Assembly: GCF_018350175.1 (NCBI RefSeq)
Contig: NC_058372.1
Location: forward strand, 112,406,001 to 112,470,000
DNA: 64,000 nucleotides
From: Felis catus
Lineage: Eukaryota
Direction: 5' to 3'
In this document: positions 26,825-39,509 of the stretch, piece by piece
Numbering within the stretch: position 1 is the first letter of the stretch
Layout of the letters: the number at the start of each line of letters is the position of its first letter
Notes under the pieces: model-generated
Seen by the model: only the letters and a program-made list of their open reading frames with translations
Told to the model about the DNA's origin: nothing
Databases searched by the model: none
Made by a program: the position numbers and the translations under genes

Positions 26825-27489
26825 GTAACTGGCCTAATTAGACCCGAACCAACAAGGAACGTGGTTGTGAGTTGTCTTGAATGGCTTCGTTCTGGGAGTG
26901 AGACTTTGAAGGATCCGTGATGTTACCATGGACTGGCACATGTGACAGATCAGAGCTGAAGGCTGGCGCACAGAATCTCACTGCATAAGGTCTATGTTAT
27001 TTTCCCCTGAAAAGAAGAAGCTACCCCCTGGAAACTAAATTCCCTCTTTCCCTAAATCCACTGGAAGTTTCCCAGTTCACATATTGTCAATTAAAATGGA
27101 TTTTGAATTGTGATTTCTTTCTAGACTGTAAGAAGATACTAAAGATGTTTGATGTCTTGAAAAGTCTAAGTACCTGGCAGTACTGTGTGTAACCTGACAT
27201 GTGTCCTCTCACACTGTCAAGAGAGGGGTAGATTGAGAATTTGTGTACAGCTAAGTTTAAACAGTAGCTGTTTAGTTCCTGGACCCAGCTGAGTTAGGGA
27301 GACAAGAGTGTCTTAGAGGTTCCTACAAGGGCTCTTCTTTAACCCTAACCCCCAGGGCAGGGGGCTGCTTACCTTCTGGGCCCATCTCTTAACTCTGTGC
27401 TTGGAATTGCTGCTAGTTCTTGATAAAGGCAGTTCTACAACATTGACTGAAAATACATCGGCCACATCATAAACATAAATATTTACTAG

Positions 27490-27691
27490 TGGGGAGGGAG
27501 GCACCTGGTGGCACAGTAGGTTGGATTTCGGCTCAGGTAGTGATCTCACTGTTGATGAGTTCAAGCCCCACATCCAGCTCCCTGCTGTCAGCACAGAGCC
27601 TGCTTCAGATCCTCTGTCCCTATGTCTCTCTGCCCCTCCCCAACTCTCTCTCTCTCTCTCTCTCTCTCTCAAAAATAAATAAATATCTAAA
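27490..27691 (+). mobile_element. Can-SINE with 13-bp TSD
   Basis: TSD aaatatttactag at 27477-27489 and 27692-27704, with (CT)n and A-tail. Confidence 0.93.
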
Positions 27692-27860
27692 AAATATTTA
27701 CTAGCAGAAGTGACCATTTCCCCCCTCTTTCAATGACCTACTTAAGATTGCTGTACTAAGAATCTACAGATATTCTCATAGGTTGCTGATGTTTGCATAA
27801 AACTGACACAGTCTTTCTGAGAGATAATTAGGCAGTGGTTTTCAAAACCGTCATGCTCTT

Positions 27861-28021
27861 TGCTTGGGTGGCTTGGTCGGTTAAGCATCCAACCCTTGGT
27901 TCTGCTCAGGTCATCATCATCTTGCAGTTTCATGAGTTTGAAACCTACGTGGGGTCCTATGCTGGCAGCGTGAGGCCTACTTGGGGTTTTCTCTTTCCCA
28001 CTCTCTTTCTACCCCTCTCCT

Positions 28022-28065
<44 letters not shown>

Positions 28066-28137
28066 TCTCTCTCCCCCCTCCCCCACTTGCACTTATCTTT
28101 GTCTCTTTCAAAATGAATTAATAAACTTAAAAAAAAT
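27861..28137 (+). mobile_element. Diverged Can-SINE with long (CT)n
   Basis: gcttgggtggcttggtcggttaagcatcc...(CT)n...aaatgaattaataaacttaaaaaaa. Confidence 0.9.
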
Positions 28138-28831
28138 GTTCCTGTCCTTTGACTCTGTAATCCAATGTACAGTAAATCATCAAGATTTTGCCCAATGATT
28201 GACTAGGAAGATGTTCACTGTAGCTTCCCAGTAGACAGGATGAGTTATCAATCATACATGAGACAAAGTACTGGATAACCGTCAAAAATATATAAGTGTG
28301 GGGCTGTGTGTCTTTAGACAGACAGGATATTCATGATTTCCTATCGAATAAATCAAGTTCACAACAGTAAATGCATATAAATATATACAAGAAAATGTAG
28401 ACATATGCATAGAAGAAATACCTAGTAAGGATGGACCAAAATGATATTTATTTCTAGGTAACGTGATTAACAGTAATTTTAATTAGTAATGGATAATTTT
28501 ATTTTTCTATCTTCTACAATGAACACATATTACTAATGAGAAAGAAAATGATTTAACATTGAGCCTGGCCTCTAGAGTAGGTAGATGGCACAAGAATCTG
28601 ATGAACTTGGATCAGCAGTATGCCACCTTCACTGATGTGCGTCGGTGTATCAGCAGTGACACAAGGTGCTGATGGTACCCTGTTGATTCAGACCAAAGGA
28701 TGTGGGTACAGGAGACTCAAGAGTAGGGTCAGCTTGAGAACTTTGCAGATCGTTTCATATTTTTACTGTCTAACGATTGTTCTAATATTGTAGGATAATT
28801 AATCTTTCTTTTTTGACTTGAGATCAAATTT

Positions 28832-29038
28832 TTTTTTGAGTTTTTATTTTAGAGAGAGAAACAGACAGAACATTAGTGGGAGAGGGGCAGAGAGAGAGAG
28901 GGAGACACAGAATCCTAAGAGGCTCAAGGCTCTCAGCTGTCTGCACAGAGCCCGATGCGGGGCTCGAACCCACGAACCGTGAGATCGTGACCTGAGCTGA
29001 AGTCAGAGGCTCAACTGACTGAGCCACTCAGGTGCCCC
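28832..29038 (-). mobile_element. Can-SINE with 12-bp TSD
   Basis: TSD gagatcaaattt at 28820-28831 and 29039-29050. Confidence 0.95.
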
Positions 29039-29054
29039 GAGATCAAATTTATTT

Positions 29055-30290
29055 TTAATCGTTTTATCAGGTAATTATATACAAAAGTATGTTTACAAAA
29101 TAAATTTAAAGTGTAGAAAATCTTCGTACACAGAAACTCAGTGTCCCAGAAATGGAGCATTACCATTAACCCTATACAGACCCCATATAAGTTCCCTGTT
29201 TCCATTTACACGTACCCTCTCTCAGAGAAAACCCTTTTCCTGAATTATTTTTATCATAGTCTTGCTTTTCTTTTCTAAAGAACATTTTATTTAGGTGTGC
29301 ATGTTTTTGGCCTTCATATGGATGGGAGTATACTTTATTATTCTTTTCCAATTTGTGTTTTTCTCTCAGTATCTTGTTTCTGAGTTTCATCCATGTAGTG
29401 TGTAGCTGTAGCTCCGTCATTTTACTGTTGTCATTCGTGCTGGTGTAAATGCACCAGGATATCCTTGCGCCTTCTCCTGTTTGTGGACTTTTGCGTGACT
29501 CACAGTTCTTGCTACCATTAAAGTTCTTAGTAATGACCTCTGGTGCTCCTATATGAGTGTCTCAGGTATATACATACACAGGTGTAGAACTGATGGATGG
29601 TAGGGTATGTGAACTTACCAGATCATGTTAAATTATTTTTCAAGTCTTTTATCTCTCTTTATATTCTTGCCAGCAATGTGTGCGAGTTTCCATCCTTCAC
29701 ATAGTCGTCACCACTCGATAATGTCAGACTTTGAACTTTTACTAAACCAGTGGGTGTGCAGTGATTTCATTCGTATTTCCCTGAACATCAGTGAGGTTGA
29801 GCATATTTTCTTGAGTTTGTTAACCATTTGTGATTTCTCCCCATAGCAAATCTCTTTTGGATGTTTGGCCCTGTTTGTATTGGGTTATTTACATTTTTGA
29901 AACTGGTTTGAGGGAATTCTGCTTATTCTGGAAATGCATCTTTTACTAGTTAAACATGCAGGAGAGATCTTCCAACTAGTGGCTTGCCTTTTAATTTTCC
30001 ATATAGTGTGCTCGATGAAGAGACATTTGTGATTTTATTCATCCTTTTATTCATTATTTGCCCTTTTTTGTGTCTTAAGAAGTCCCTCCTACCCAGAGGT
30101 TCATAAATCCTATTGTCTTCTAAACTGTTTATAATTTGATCTCTGTGAATGATGTAAAGGTATCCAATTTTATTTCTTCTACATGGATAACTATCTGCTT
30201 CAGGACAGTTTACTAAAAGGCCTTCCTTTCCCCACAGATGTATAAATGTCCTAATGAAACTTCCGTATCCGTGAGGGCCTATTTCCTGGG
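29055..30290 (-). mobile_element. Ancient L1M (L1ME/MD-like) 3' fragment
   Basis: Antisense L1 motifs: ttcatccatgtagtgtgtagc, cagcaatgtgtgcgagtttcc, atcagtgaggttgagcatattttc. Confidence 0.75.
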
Positions 30291-30354
30291 TCCTCCAGAG
30301 AACATACGCGTTTAAGTTATCCAGATGCCAAGGGCCTCAACTCGGGAATGTCTG

Positions 30355-30355
<1 letters not shown>

Positions 30356-30402
<47 letters not shown>

Positions 30403-30421
30403 TTATTTTATTTTATTTTTT
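30356..30421. repeat. (TTTC)n followed by (TTTTA)n microsatellite
   Basis: About 11 TTTC units followed by TTTTA units. Confidence 0.95.
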
Positions 30422-30424
30422 GAC

Positions 30425-30820
30425 GATAAGGCATTTTTCTCACCTAACAAGTTAGAAGTTGTGCTGTCCTGGGGGTCATTCTGTGGCACAATCATGTCAT
30501 CAAGAACCCAGACACTTCCTTTTTTCCCTCTGCCAGAATCAGTTTGTCTGTGATGTTTCCTCCCAGCTGCTGCTGCTCCTGGTTTTGTATCCACATATTT
30601 CCACATCCAAAGTGGGAAAAAGTTAACAATACTCTCTATTCGAACTTCATTTGGACCACCCACATAGTGTGCATTCAAGCACCCAGCTCACACACAGTCC
30701 CACTCGGGGTTATGGATGTCAGGGAGGCATTTTTGCCATCCATTTAATGCTGAGTGTCAAGGCAGGCTACTTGCCTTTCCAGATCCCTGTGGGGAGCAAT
30801 GATATTTATTTCCAGTTCAC
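30425..30820. mobile_element. Old MaLR LTR fragment (MLT1J/K-like)
   Basis: caatcatgtcatcaagaacccagacacttcctttttttccctctgcca resembles old MLT1 LTRs. Boundaries uncertain. Confidence 0.45.
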
Positions 30821-31220
30821 CTTACTCTCAGGGTGCAGCTCTAAGGGGATGCGGATTTATGGACAAGTCTCACCTTAAACCCCTCTCCCTGGGTGGCCCT
30901 AGGCTTTGTCCTCTGCCCCCTGCACCCTAGGGGAGAGTGAAAGCCAAAGCTGGAATTCATCTGGGTGGCAAATGTGGAACTAATGAAAACTTCTTTTGTT
31001 TACACCTCTGGCTTCCCACTTTCCCTTAGTTCTTTGGCTTCATATTATTCTTTACTTTCTTGGAAGTTCATCACACATTTATAAAGATTTTTTTTCTTGG
31101 AATATTTAGTTGTTTTTCAGCAGGAGGGTCAGTCAGGGCATCTAGTTCTCCAGACTGAAAACAGAAGTTGGCTAAATTTATATTTTAATTGCATTCTGTT
31201 TTTATCAATCTTGCCTAAAG

Positions 31221-31336
31221 GGTTGTTGGAGACGGAACCATTGCAAGGGCGAGATGAAGACGCAGTAGCCAGTGCGGACTTCTCTAGCATGCTGTCTGAG
31301 GAGGAAAAAGAAGAGTTAAAGGCAGAATTAGTTCAG
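31221..31336 (+). CDS. TPD52L1: TPD52L1 coding exon 2 (116 nt, phase 1 to 0); start of the coiled coil
   Basis: Acceptor ttgcctaaag|GG TTG TTG GAG; donor GTT CAG|gtatgt. Encodes (G)LLETEPLQGRDEDAVASADFSSMLSEEEKEELKAELVQ. Internal in-frame ATG at 31289-31291 (agcATGc). Confidence 0.97.
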
Positions 31337-31443
31337 GTATGTTCAGTAATCTTATTGTTGTTCTATCTCAGTATCTTAGGAGCTATTTATTGTTAGTTTT
31401 GTATACGTCCCATATTATAATTATGTTGTCTTTCATTTAATAA

Positions 31444-31470
31444 GATTTTTAAAAAATTAAGCTTATTTAT

Positions 31471-31506
<36 letters not shown>

Positions 31507-31660
31507 GCAGAGAGAGAAAGAGAAGAGAGAGAATCCCAAGCAGGCTCCACGCTCTCCGCGCGGAGCCCAACCTGGGGCTCAATCTCACAAACTGCGAGAT
31601 CATGACCTGAGCCAAAGTCAAGAGTTGGGCACTCAACCGACTGAGCCACCCAGGCGCCCC
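31444..31660 (-). mobile_element. Can-SINE 107 bp downstream of exon 2
   Basis: TSD tcatttaataa at 31433-31443 and 31661-31671, with (GA)n. Confidence 0.95.
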
Positions 31661-34407
31661 TCATTTAATAACATTTAATAAATGATATAGTACAAGGTGA
31701 TTACTTTTTTCTAAGGTGTTTTTGTAATACCAGTTGTCCATTACACTTTGGTTATAGTAGAAAAAGGAATGATTAAGCAACAGTGATGAATAGTTGTAAA
31801 TATGCACCTCTTATTCTTTTAAAGTTCACAATATTATGGGAACAATAATCACTTACTGATGGGTACAGGTGCAAGCTCCTTTTTAAGAGCAGTTCTTGCT
31901 TTAGGTCAGCAGCTTAGCTCAACAGATACTTTGAAGTGACTTATTTTTGTAATGCAAAAGCCAGTCATAGAAGCGACTGAATTTGTTGTGTACTCTTTTG
32001 CAGAAGAATAAAGCTCTGGGGGCAGAAAGGAAAACTATGATGAATTCAGGTTTCCTTAGCTCCTGCATAGTTGCTGTGGGCCTCTGGACGTAGAGGTGGG
32101 GAGAGTGCCTGGCTCATTGGGGATACAAGTTTTGTTCAAGCCATTTGTTTGCAGCACCCACTAACCCTTCAATGCTTTGCTAAGGAGCATTTACACTGGA
32201 GGAGGAAAGCCCTGGAGAAAGGGAGCTTCTCAGGTAGAATAAACAATAGGGCAAGAGGGAAGAAGCCCATATTCCTCCCCATTTTGTGTCCCTGCATCAT
32301 AGGGGAGAAAGCTCCTAGCCTAGCTGGAAGCAGGACTGTGGGCTCTATGCAGGCTGAGGACACAGCTTTGAACTCCACCTTACCCTCACCCAGCTGGGTC
32401 TGCTCTAGACTCTACGCTCTAATGTTCTGGTGGTGTCTGTTTATGACAGGTTATAATAATATTAAAGACTTTTTAGGTGTTTTCCCAAAACACACTTGAC
32501 AATGACTTCATTATAACATGAAAGAGCAGCTTGTTCTTGGTACAGCAGAAATTATTTCCGTAAGCACAGTGCCTCAAATCAAACAGCCTGTTTCTTTAGC
32601 TAGGTCTGTCTGTGGCCACTGATCCAGAACAACACAGTTGACTTCAGATTGGCCACACATGCCAGCATGCACAGACCGAAGTCAGCTGTCACGGAAAATG
32701 GACTAGCGCCATGTTTTCTTAAAGCCTGGAATTCTGGTTCATGACCTGTTGTCTCATGTCGATTGTGGTGTCCAAAAGTTGTATTTTGCAAACTGGTGTA
32801 AGATAACCGATTCTAAACTAAAATAATTCCTGTTATAGTCCATATTTAAGTTTAGACAAAACCACTGTAGCAGACCAACTTTTATAAAAGTTCTGGGACT
32901 ATTGGGTTATACATACACATCACATATGTCAGTGTATTTTTGTGTGCATTCTTTATTTTCTAAATGTTCAACAGTGAGCATGCATTATTTTTATAATCAA
33001 GAAAAAGCAAGCCTTTGTTCTAAGTGGATGCCCCCGTAATGAAAAAAGCCAACAGTGTTTTCAGAAATTCCTGTCTTATTTGGCCACATTAATAAACTTG
33101 CAGCACATCTCGTTCCTAAGACTCTTTGAGCCTGACTTCTGGTAATAACACCAGACTCCTTGTTACTGTGTTCAAGTTACCAGGATCCATGTTTTCATCC
33201 TTTAGAATGCTTCCTGCTTCTTATTTCTGGATTCCTCAGAAATGAAGAACTTCATATTGCCAAAGAGGCATAGTGACTTCCAGAGGCAGGTGGGCACAGC
33301 CGTATGCCCCAGGCCCAGTGACAAGCAAAGGAAATGTGTCTTTGCTATTTTTCTTTCCACATCTCCATTTCTTCTGCCTCCACCTCAGACCACCTCTGCT
33401 TAATGCTCATCCTTTTCTTAAGTCTTCTTTCCCTGCCCTTCCACAAATGCAATCTGGTGTGTATGTGCGTGTGCACACTCTTGCTCACGCACATGTGCAT
33501 GCACACTCACACACCCACCCCAGACCAGGTTCTTTCAGATCACATTCAGATTAGCTCAGAGGCTAGGGGTTAATTACAACAAGAACACGCAAAGAACAAT
33601 CTCGGCTGTCCCACAACTGGCCCTCCGAAGACCTGGGACCTCTTTCAGACAGCCCAGCTTCCCGGCCTCAGCTCTCCACAGATGTTCTTCCTGGGCCCCT
33701 GGTTGAAAGCAATCCCTTTCTGTGTGAGGGAAGATCCTACTGGATCTGTTCTCTACTTGGTTAACAGAACATCTCGCAGGCCAGCCTGTTAGATTGCCTT
33801 TGAGTAAGGCAGTCATTTGTGGCCAAGACCCAAAGCAAAAGCTTTGTGTAAACGGACTTCTTATCTCTGACTCCGTTGCTTAAGAGGGGTCTTGGGGGTG
33901 CCAGGGATTCAGTCTCCTCTTCGATGTGCTCCTGTCCCTAGTGTCCTCAGATTCTCTCACTGTCTTGTGACTGCGCTGGATCCTTCCCCACTGCTTTATC
34001 TAGGCTGTTTGGTTGTTTATATTCCTATGAGGATGCCTTTATACTTTGGGCAAACTCATAACTCCACTCATCCACACAGCCAGCATATGGTTGTGTGCTT
34101 ACCAAGTGTAGACAACAGGAAGATCCGTCCTTATGTCGGGAGACATAAAATAAGCCAATATTTTCCAAAAGGCTACATCTTAGATGGAGTCTTCATTTTG
34201 AAAGAGGAATCTGTTGTTAACACAATTTAGTCTTTAGTTTATTATTGTCATCATGCAGTACATATGTGTGTTTTTAAAAGTTTCTTCGTTGTGAGGCCAG
34301 TATCGCCTCTGATCTTGTGCAGTGGTCTGTGTATAGAAGACATGCAATTAAGATTTGTAATTAACTTGAATTATTTTGTAGGTTAAAGAATACTTGCATC
34401 TTTTAAA

Positions 34408-34513
34408 GTTTATTATTATTTTTTTAGTAACCTCTACACCAGACATGGGGCTTGAACCCATGACCCCAAGATCAAGATTGCATGCTCTACTGACTAAGCC
34501 AGCCAGGCACCCC
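34408..34513 (-). mobile_element. Short tRNA-derived carnivore SINE lacking (CT)n (SINEC_b-like)
   Basis: tagtaacctctacaccagacatggggcttgaacccatgaccccaagatcaag...ccagccaggcacccc. Confidence 0.85.
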
Positions 34514-34526
34514 AAAATATTTACAC

Positions 34527-34729
34527 TTTTTGTTTGTTTATTTTTGAGAGCAAGATAGATAGAGCCTGCAAGAGTCGGGGGTGGGCAGAGAGAGAGGGGG
34601 ACAGAGGATCCCAAGTGGGTTCTGCGTTGAAAGCAGCGCGCGTGACTTAGGGCTTGAACTCACAAACCGTTGAGACCATGACCTGAGCAGAAGTCGGACA
34701 CTTAACCAACTGAGCCTCCCCGGCACCCC
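34527..34729 (-). mobile_element. Can-SINE in tandem with the previous SINE
   Basis: TSD aatatttaca at 34516-34525 and 34730-34739. Confidence 0.93.
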
Positions 34730-35412
34730 AATATTTACATTTTTAAATACCAGAAGTTGAATATGCTTTTATACAAACCTAATCAACATATAAAGAAATA
34801 CTATTTTGTTTCAGCTATTCATTCTCATAAGCTGCTCCTGGCATCTTTTCTGAGGTCTTTACATATCTATTCTGTGGGGTTTTTTACCTTCCTCTCCCTT
34901 TTCGAATAAACATGCTCAGTATTTCTGTGCCGCTTCCATCCTGCTCTGCCTTCCTATCACCAAGCTGCGTGTTAGGCTTCGTATTCCACAGTGTGATTTG
35001 GCTTTTGAAAGGGATGGAGTGTTGGCATTAATAGTGTAAATTTATGACTATATAGCCAGCAAGTACTGCCAGTGTCCTCCTGATAAAAAGACTCAAGAAA
35101 AATAGGCAGTAATAAGAGTAGGAAAAACACCACGCAACATTATCAAGTAGGCAAAGCCTATTTTCAAGGCAAAGCCTATTCGGGCTCCCTTCATCGCTTT
35201 GGGCTCTTCTCCCTTCCTTTGGTGTGTGGTTCCTCAAGAAGAACACATGGCACCCTCACGCCATCTGGCTTATAGACTTAGAAAGAAGTGCGTTAGGCTC
35301 TTGGCCTTTTTCTCTTGGTTCCTTCCTTCAAGACCTTCGTTCTTTCTTTCTGGACCGAGTAGTGAACAACTAAAGTGTTCATCATCAGTAATGTCTTATT
35401 GTAATACCTTTC

Positions 35413-35908
35413 TGTATTAGTCAGAGTCCTCCAGAGAAACTGAGCCAATAGGATGTATATATGTATATGGAAAGAGATTTGTTACAAGGAATTGGCTGAT
35501 GTGATTATGGAATCTGACAAGTCACAGGATCTACCGTCAACAAGCTAGAGACCTAGGGGAGCAGATGGTGTAGTTCAGTCTCAAGGCTTGAGGCCTAACA
35601 AGAGCTGATAAGCCAATATACCAGTTTAAATCTGAAGGAAGAAAAAAAAAATGTCCCAACTCAAATGCAGTCAGGCAAAGAGAATCCCTGTTAACTGAGG
35701 GAGGGTCAGGCTTTTTGTTTTATTTAGGCCTTCCACTGATTTGATGAGGCCCACCCACTCTGAGAAGGCAGTCTCCTCTACTCAGTCTACCAGTTCAGTA
35801 GTTAATCTTATGCAGCAACACCCTCACGGGCACACTCAGCATAATGTTTGACCAAATGTCTGGGCACCCCATGGCCAGTCAAGTTGACATATAAAAATAA
35901 CCTTTGCA
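35413..35908 (-). mobile_element. ERVL solo LTR (MLT2B-like), full length
   Basis: TG...CA ends (tgtattagtcagagtcctccagagaaac ... aagttgacatataaaaataacctttgca). 5-bp TSD ctttc/ctctc. Confidence 0.88.
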
Positions 35909-36209
35909 CTCTCTCAAGTAGTATCTGGATTTTAATCTTAATTCTTTAAGACCGTTAGCCAAAGGCAGGACTGGCCAAGAGAGGAGAGGAGGCTGGCCTT
36001 CAAACAGTATATGCAAGAGATCAGAAACTGTTATTCCTAAACATCATACTGATGATTCAATAGTTTATGAAAATATTTCTTTGTCTCGATGTAAGTTAGA
36101 TATTTTATGTAATCTAGCAAATAAAATAGGAAGGTAAATTTTCAGTCTTCTAACATAAATTTCATATTGAAGTAATTCATTAGCTAATTCAGATTAATTT
36201 GTATTTTTT

Positions 36210-36800
36210 TGCAAATTTTATCGAGGTATAAAATTCACTATTTTAATATAAAATTAACTGTTTTAAAGTGAACAGTTCAATGCATTTAGTATACTTATGA
36301 TGTTGTGTAACTACCACCTCTATCTAGTTCCAGGACATTTTTAACACTGCAAAAAAGAAACCCCATGCTCATTAAGCAGTTGTTTCCCGTTTCCCCATCT
36401 GCATNNNNNNNNNNNNNNNNNNNNNNNNNNNNNNNNNNNNNNNNNNNNNNNNNNNNNNNNNNNNNNNNNNNNNNNNNNNNNNNNNNNNNNNNNNNNNNNN
36501 NNNNNNNNNNNNNNNNNNNNNNNNNNNNNNNNNNNNNNNNNNNNNNNNNNNNNNNNNNNNNNNNNTGCAATTTATCTATTCATCCTTTGATGGGTATCTC
36601 GGCTGTTTTCATATCTGGCTATTGTGAATGGTGCTATTATGAACAGGTGTATACATGTATTTGTTTAGATTATGTTTAACTTTTTAAGATACTACCAGAC
36701 TGTTTTCCACAGTGGCTGAGCCATTTTACATCCCCACCAGCAATGTACAGGGTTCCAATTTTGCTACATCCTCACCAACACTTGTTGTGTGCCTGTTAAT
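36210..36800 (-). mobile_element. L1M 3' fragment interrupted by N gap (36405-36565)
   Basis: ccagactgttttccacagtggctgagccattttacatccccaccagcaatgtacagggttccaatt is antisense L1. Confidence 0.85.
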
Positions 36801-36999
36801 TCTTAAAGAATCAAGTTTAAATATCTAAGCATAAATATTTGTCCTACAAGGAGATCTTCTAGGAAGTGAAGAAACCAATGAACCAGACTATTAGTTTCTA
36901 ATAAAAATGATTAATTTAAAATTAATAAGTACTGTAATTAATGATTTACCTGCACTCCACCTCATTCCAAAAGGAATTTGACAGGACTTACAGAGGTAC

Positions 37000-37192
37000 C
37001 TATAGGGTTTCCATACTACCTCATCAGAGTATCTGGGAGTGCTTATTAAATAATGCATGTGGGTGTAGCCTGGCCCTACCAAATTGAAGATATCAGGGTC
37101 TTAGGACATTAAAAGGGGCATACATCTAGAATCTGCATTTTAAATATTCCCTATGAGTGACTTTAATGTAAACTGAAATTGAGAAACATTGG
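37000..37192. mobile_element. MER5-like hAT DNA transposon remnant
   Basis: gaatctgcatttttaa...ctgaaattgagaaacattgg. Confidence 0.55.
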
Positions 37193-38421
37193 TGTAACTA
37201 GACCAAGGAAGGAAGGGTAGAATCTCACCCTGAGCATCATTTAAAATATTTGTGATTAAAGGCTTTGTCGTGGGGCAGAACTCTGCTCTGTGGAAAGAGA
37301 TGTGGTTCTCATTTTTCATTCTTGCAAGCTAATACAATTTAAGATTATGTATTTTTTCAATTTCTGGATTTGCTTATAGAGTTTTTGGCATACATTTAAT
37401 CACTGATAAATATACTGAAAGTTCCAAGCAGTGTGAATCTTAGCATTTTATTGAAATTATGAGAATTTAATTAAAGAACCTGAGAGTAGACCTGAGTAAC
37501 CAAGTCCGTGTCTCCATCATTAGGAGTCTCTATCTTACAAATGCCTTTTAATGTGTACTTCCATGTTTAAAATATTAGGCATGGGACTTCATTGTTCTTT
37601 CTTTAGGTTGGTGCTTGGTAAATTGGTCACTTCCGTATTTCTCCCTATCCCTTTTTTGGGATCAAGGATTTCATTAGAAAACTATGAATCCCTTACTTCC
37701 CTCTCCCAAATAACTAATGAGTCTCCTACTGCCCCCCGCCCCCAATTTTGAATAAATTTCTAGGGTCCCATAGATAGGAGGTTTCTCTACATCTGTCATT
37801 TTATTCTGCCAGTTAAAAATTGTCCCATTATTTTTATCACATAGGAAACTATGGTAATACCCAGTGCATCAAAAAAAGCACAAGACTCCCAATAATTTCA
37901 GTCATTCAAAACATTATTTATGCAAAAGAAAGCAGGTCTTTTAACAGAATAAAAGACTGACATGAAACCCAGGCATTTTCTATGGAAAGGGAGCTAGAGA
38001 TACAGCCTTGGGAAATATTAGGCCACAGATTAAATGCAGGAGGATACACTGACAAAAATGACAAAGTAAAATATGACATGATAGCAAAAGAATAGAGGGT
38101 TTAATTTTAAAATAACCATATGTTCTCATTTAATGGTAAGACTAAAAACATGACCCCCCTTTCTGGTCCCTGAATAGATTTCTTTTGCCGTAATGAGTAT
38201 TAGATCTGCATACTGAAGACCTGCTCATCAAGAAAAGACAGGGTGCTACTGATTATAACATGTTTACAGAATGTGTAATTCATTTTAGGAAGATTTCCAT
38301 GAGCATTAGAAAACTGTTCCGTAAACATAAAAAACGAATAGTACTGGGTTACTAGGGCATTTGCTAATATTAAAAACCCCAAGAGATTGTTCTTTTCTAC
38401 TATTGTATTTAAGATGCTTCA

Positions 38422-38658
38422 GGGGTGCCTGGGTGGCGCAGTCGGTTAAGCGTCCGACTTCAGCCAGGTCACGATCTCGTGGTCCGTGAGTTCGAGCCCC
38501 GCGTCAGGCTCTGGGCTGATGGCTCAGAGCCTGGAGCCTGTTTCTGATTCTGTGTCTCCCTCTCTCTCTGCCCCTCCCCCGTTCATGCTCTGTCTCTCTC
38601 TGTCCCAAAAATAAATAAACGTTGAAAAAAAAAATTTTTTTTTTAAATAAAAAAAAAA
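38422..38658 (+). mobile_element. Young feline-type Can-SINE (SINEC_Fc-like) with 10-bp TSD
   Basis: TSD aagatgcttc at 38411-38420 and 38659-38668. Near-identical to the 3074-3292 copy. Confidence 0.96.
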
Positions 38659-39230
38659 AAGATGCTTCTTAGAATTTTGCCTATTTTGCTTAAGCGATTA
38701 CTAGTGTCTAAGAAGCGTCACAACGCTATTCCAGTCTGTCCACTATTGGGGTAAAGTCTTCCTTTGCACTAGAAAAAAGACTAATATTTGCGAAACTACT
38801 TTTCTTTTTTGAGATTCTTTTCTAGCAGCTATGTCTTTGGTAACCCAAGGAACACATTTGCAAGATGACTGATCGTGTCAGTGATGTGGTTTGTGGTCAG
38901 AAGCGGAACTAGACTTTGAATGTAAATGGGGCACAGCTGCCACATTTTTTCAAAATAAGAAATCTAGTAAAAATGTCAGGCTTTTTAGGACCTATGTACA
39001 TGTGGGACACTAAGGAAGTACTAATAGTTCTCTTCTGGTTTCACAAAGAAAGTCACAATTATTTATACTTTTCAGAAAACAATGATGTAAATTGAAGCAA
39101 TATTACCAAGGCAATACATTATCAAATATGACACTGGAATAAAATACGACAATTGGAATCAAAGACTATATGGGGTTTCAAGTTGATTTTCACAGGTTAT
39201 AGCAACACTGTCTAAAATCTGGGCATTTCA

Positions 39231-39448
39231 GGGGCGCCTGGGTGGCTCAGTCGGTTAAGCGGCCGACTTCAGCTCAGGTCATGATCTTGCAGTCCATGAG
39301 TTTGAGCCCCGCGTCGGGCTCTGTGCTGACAGCTCAGAGCCTGGAGCCTGTTTCAGATTCTGTGTCTCCCTCTCTCTGACCCTCCCCCATTCATGCTCTG
39401 TCTCTGTCTCAAAAATAAATAAACATTAAAAAAAAATTTTTTTTTAAA
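39231..39448 (+). mobile_element. Can-SINE
   Basis: ggggcgcctgggtggctcagtcggttaagcggccgac. TSD taaaatctgg(g/a)cattt. Confidence 0.96.
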
Positions 39449-39509
39449 TAAAATCTGGACATTTTAAAGAACTGCTCTGTTAGAAATTACATTTGCAGGA
39501 GCAGTTTTT

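Noticed and set aside
1-31220. Canonical TPD52L1 first exon, CpG island, or a nested protein-coding gene
   Set aside because: No CpG island, no MEAQAQ-type exon and no credible second gene seen on either strand. The canonical start is presumably upstream of the window.
31097-31396. 99-aa ORF as a single-exon gene, or an upstream acceptor (tttttcag|cag at 31120/31123)
   Set aside because: Only 31221-31336 is D53-like and the flanks are intron read-through. The upstream AGs would add 100 or 97 nt and break the frame from a phase-1 first exon.
38422-38500. tRNA-like heads with A/B boxes as tRNA genes
   Set aside because: They are SINE heads followed by (CT)n, an A-tail and TSDs, with no complete cloverleaf.
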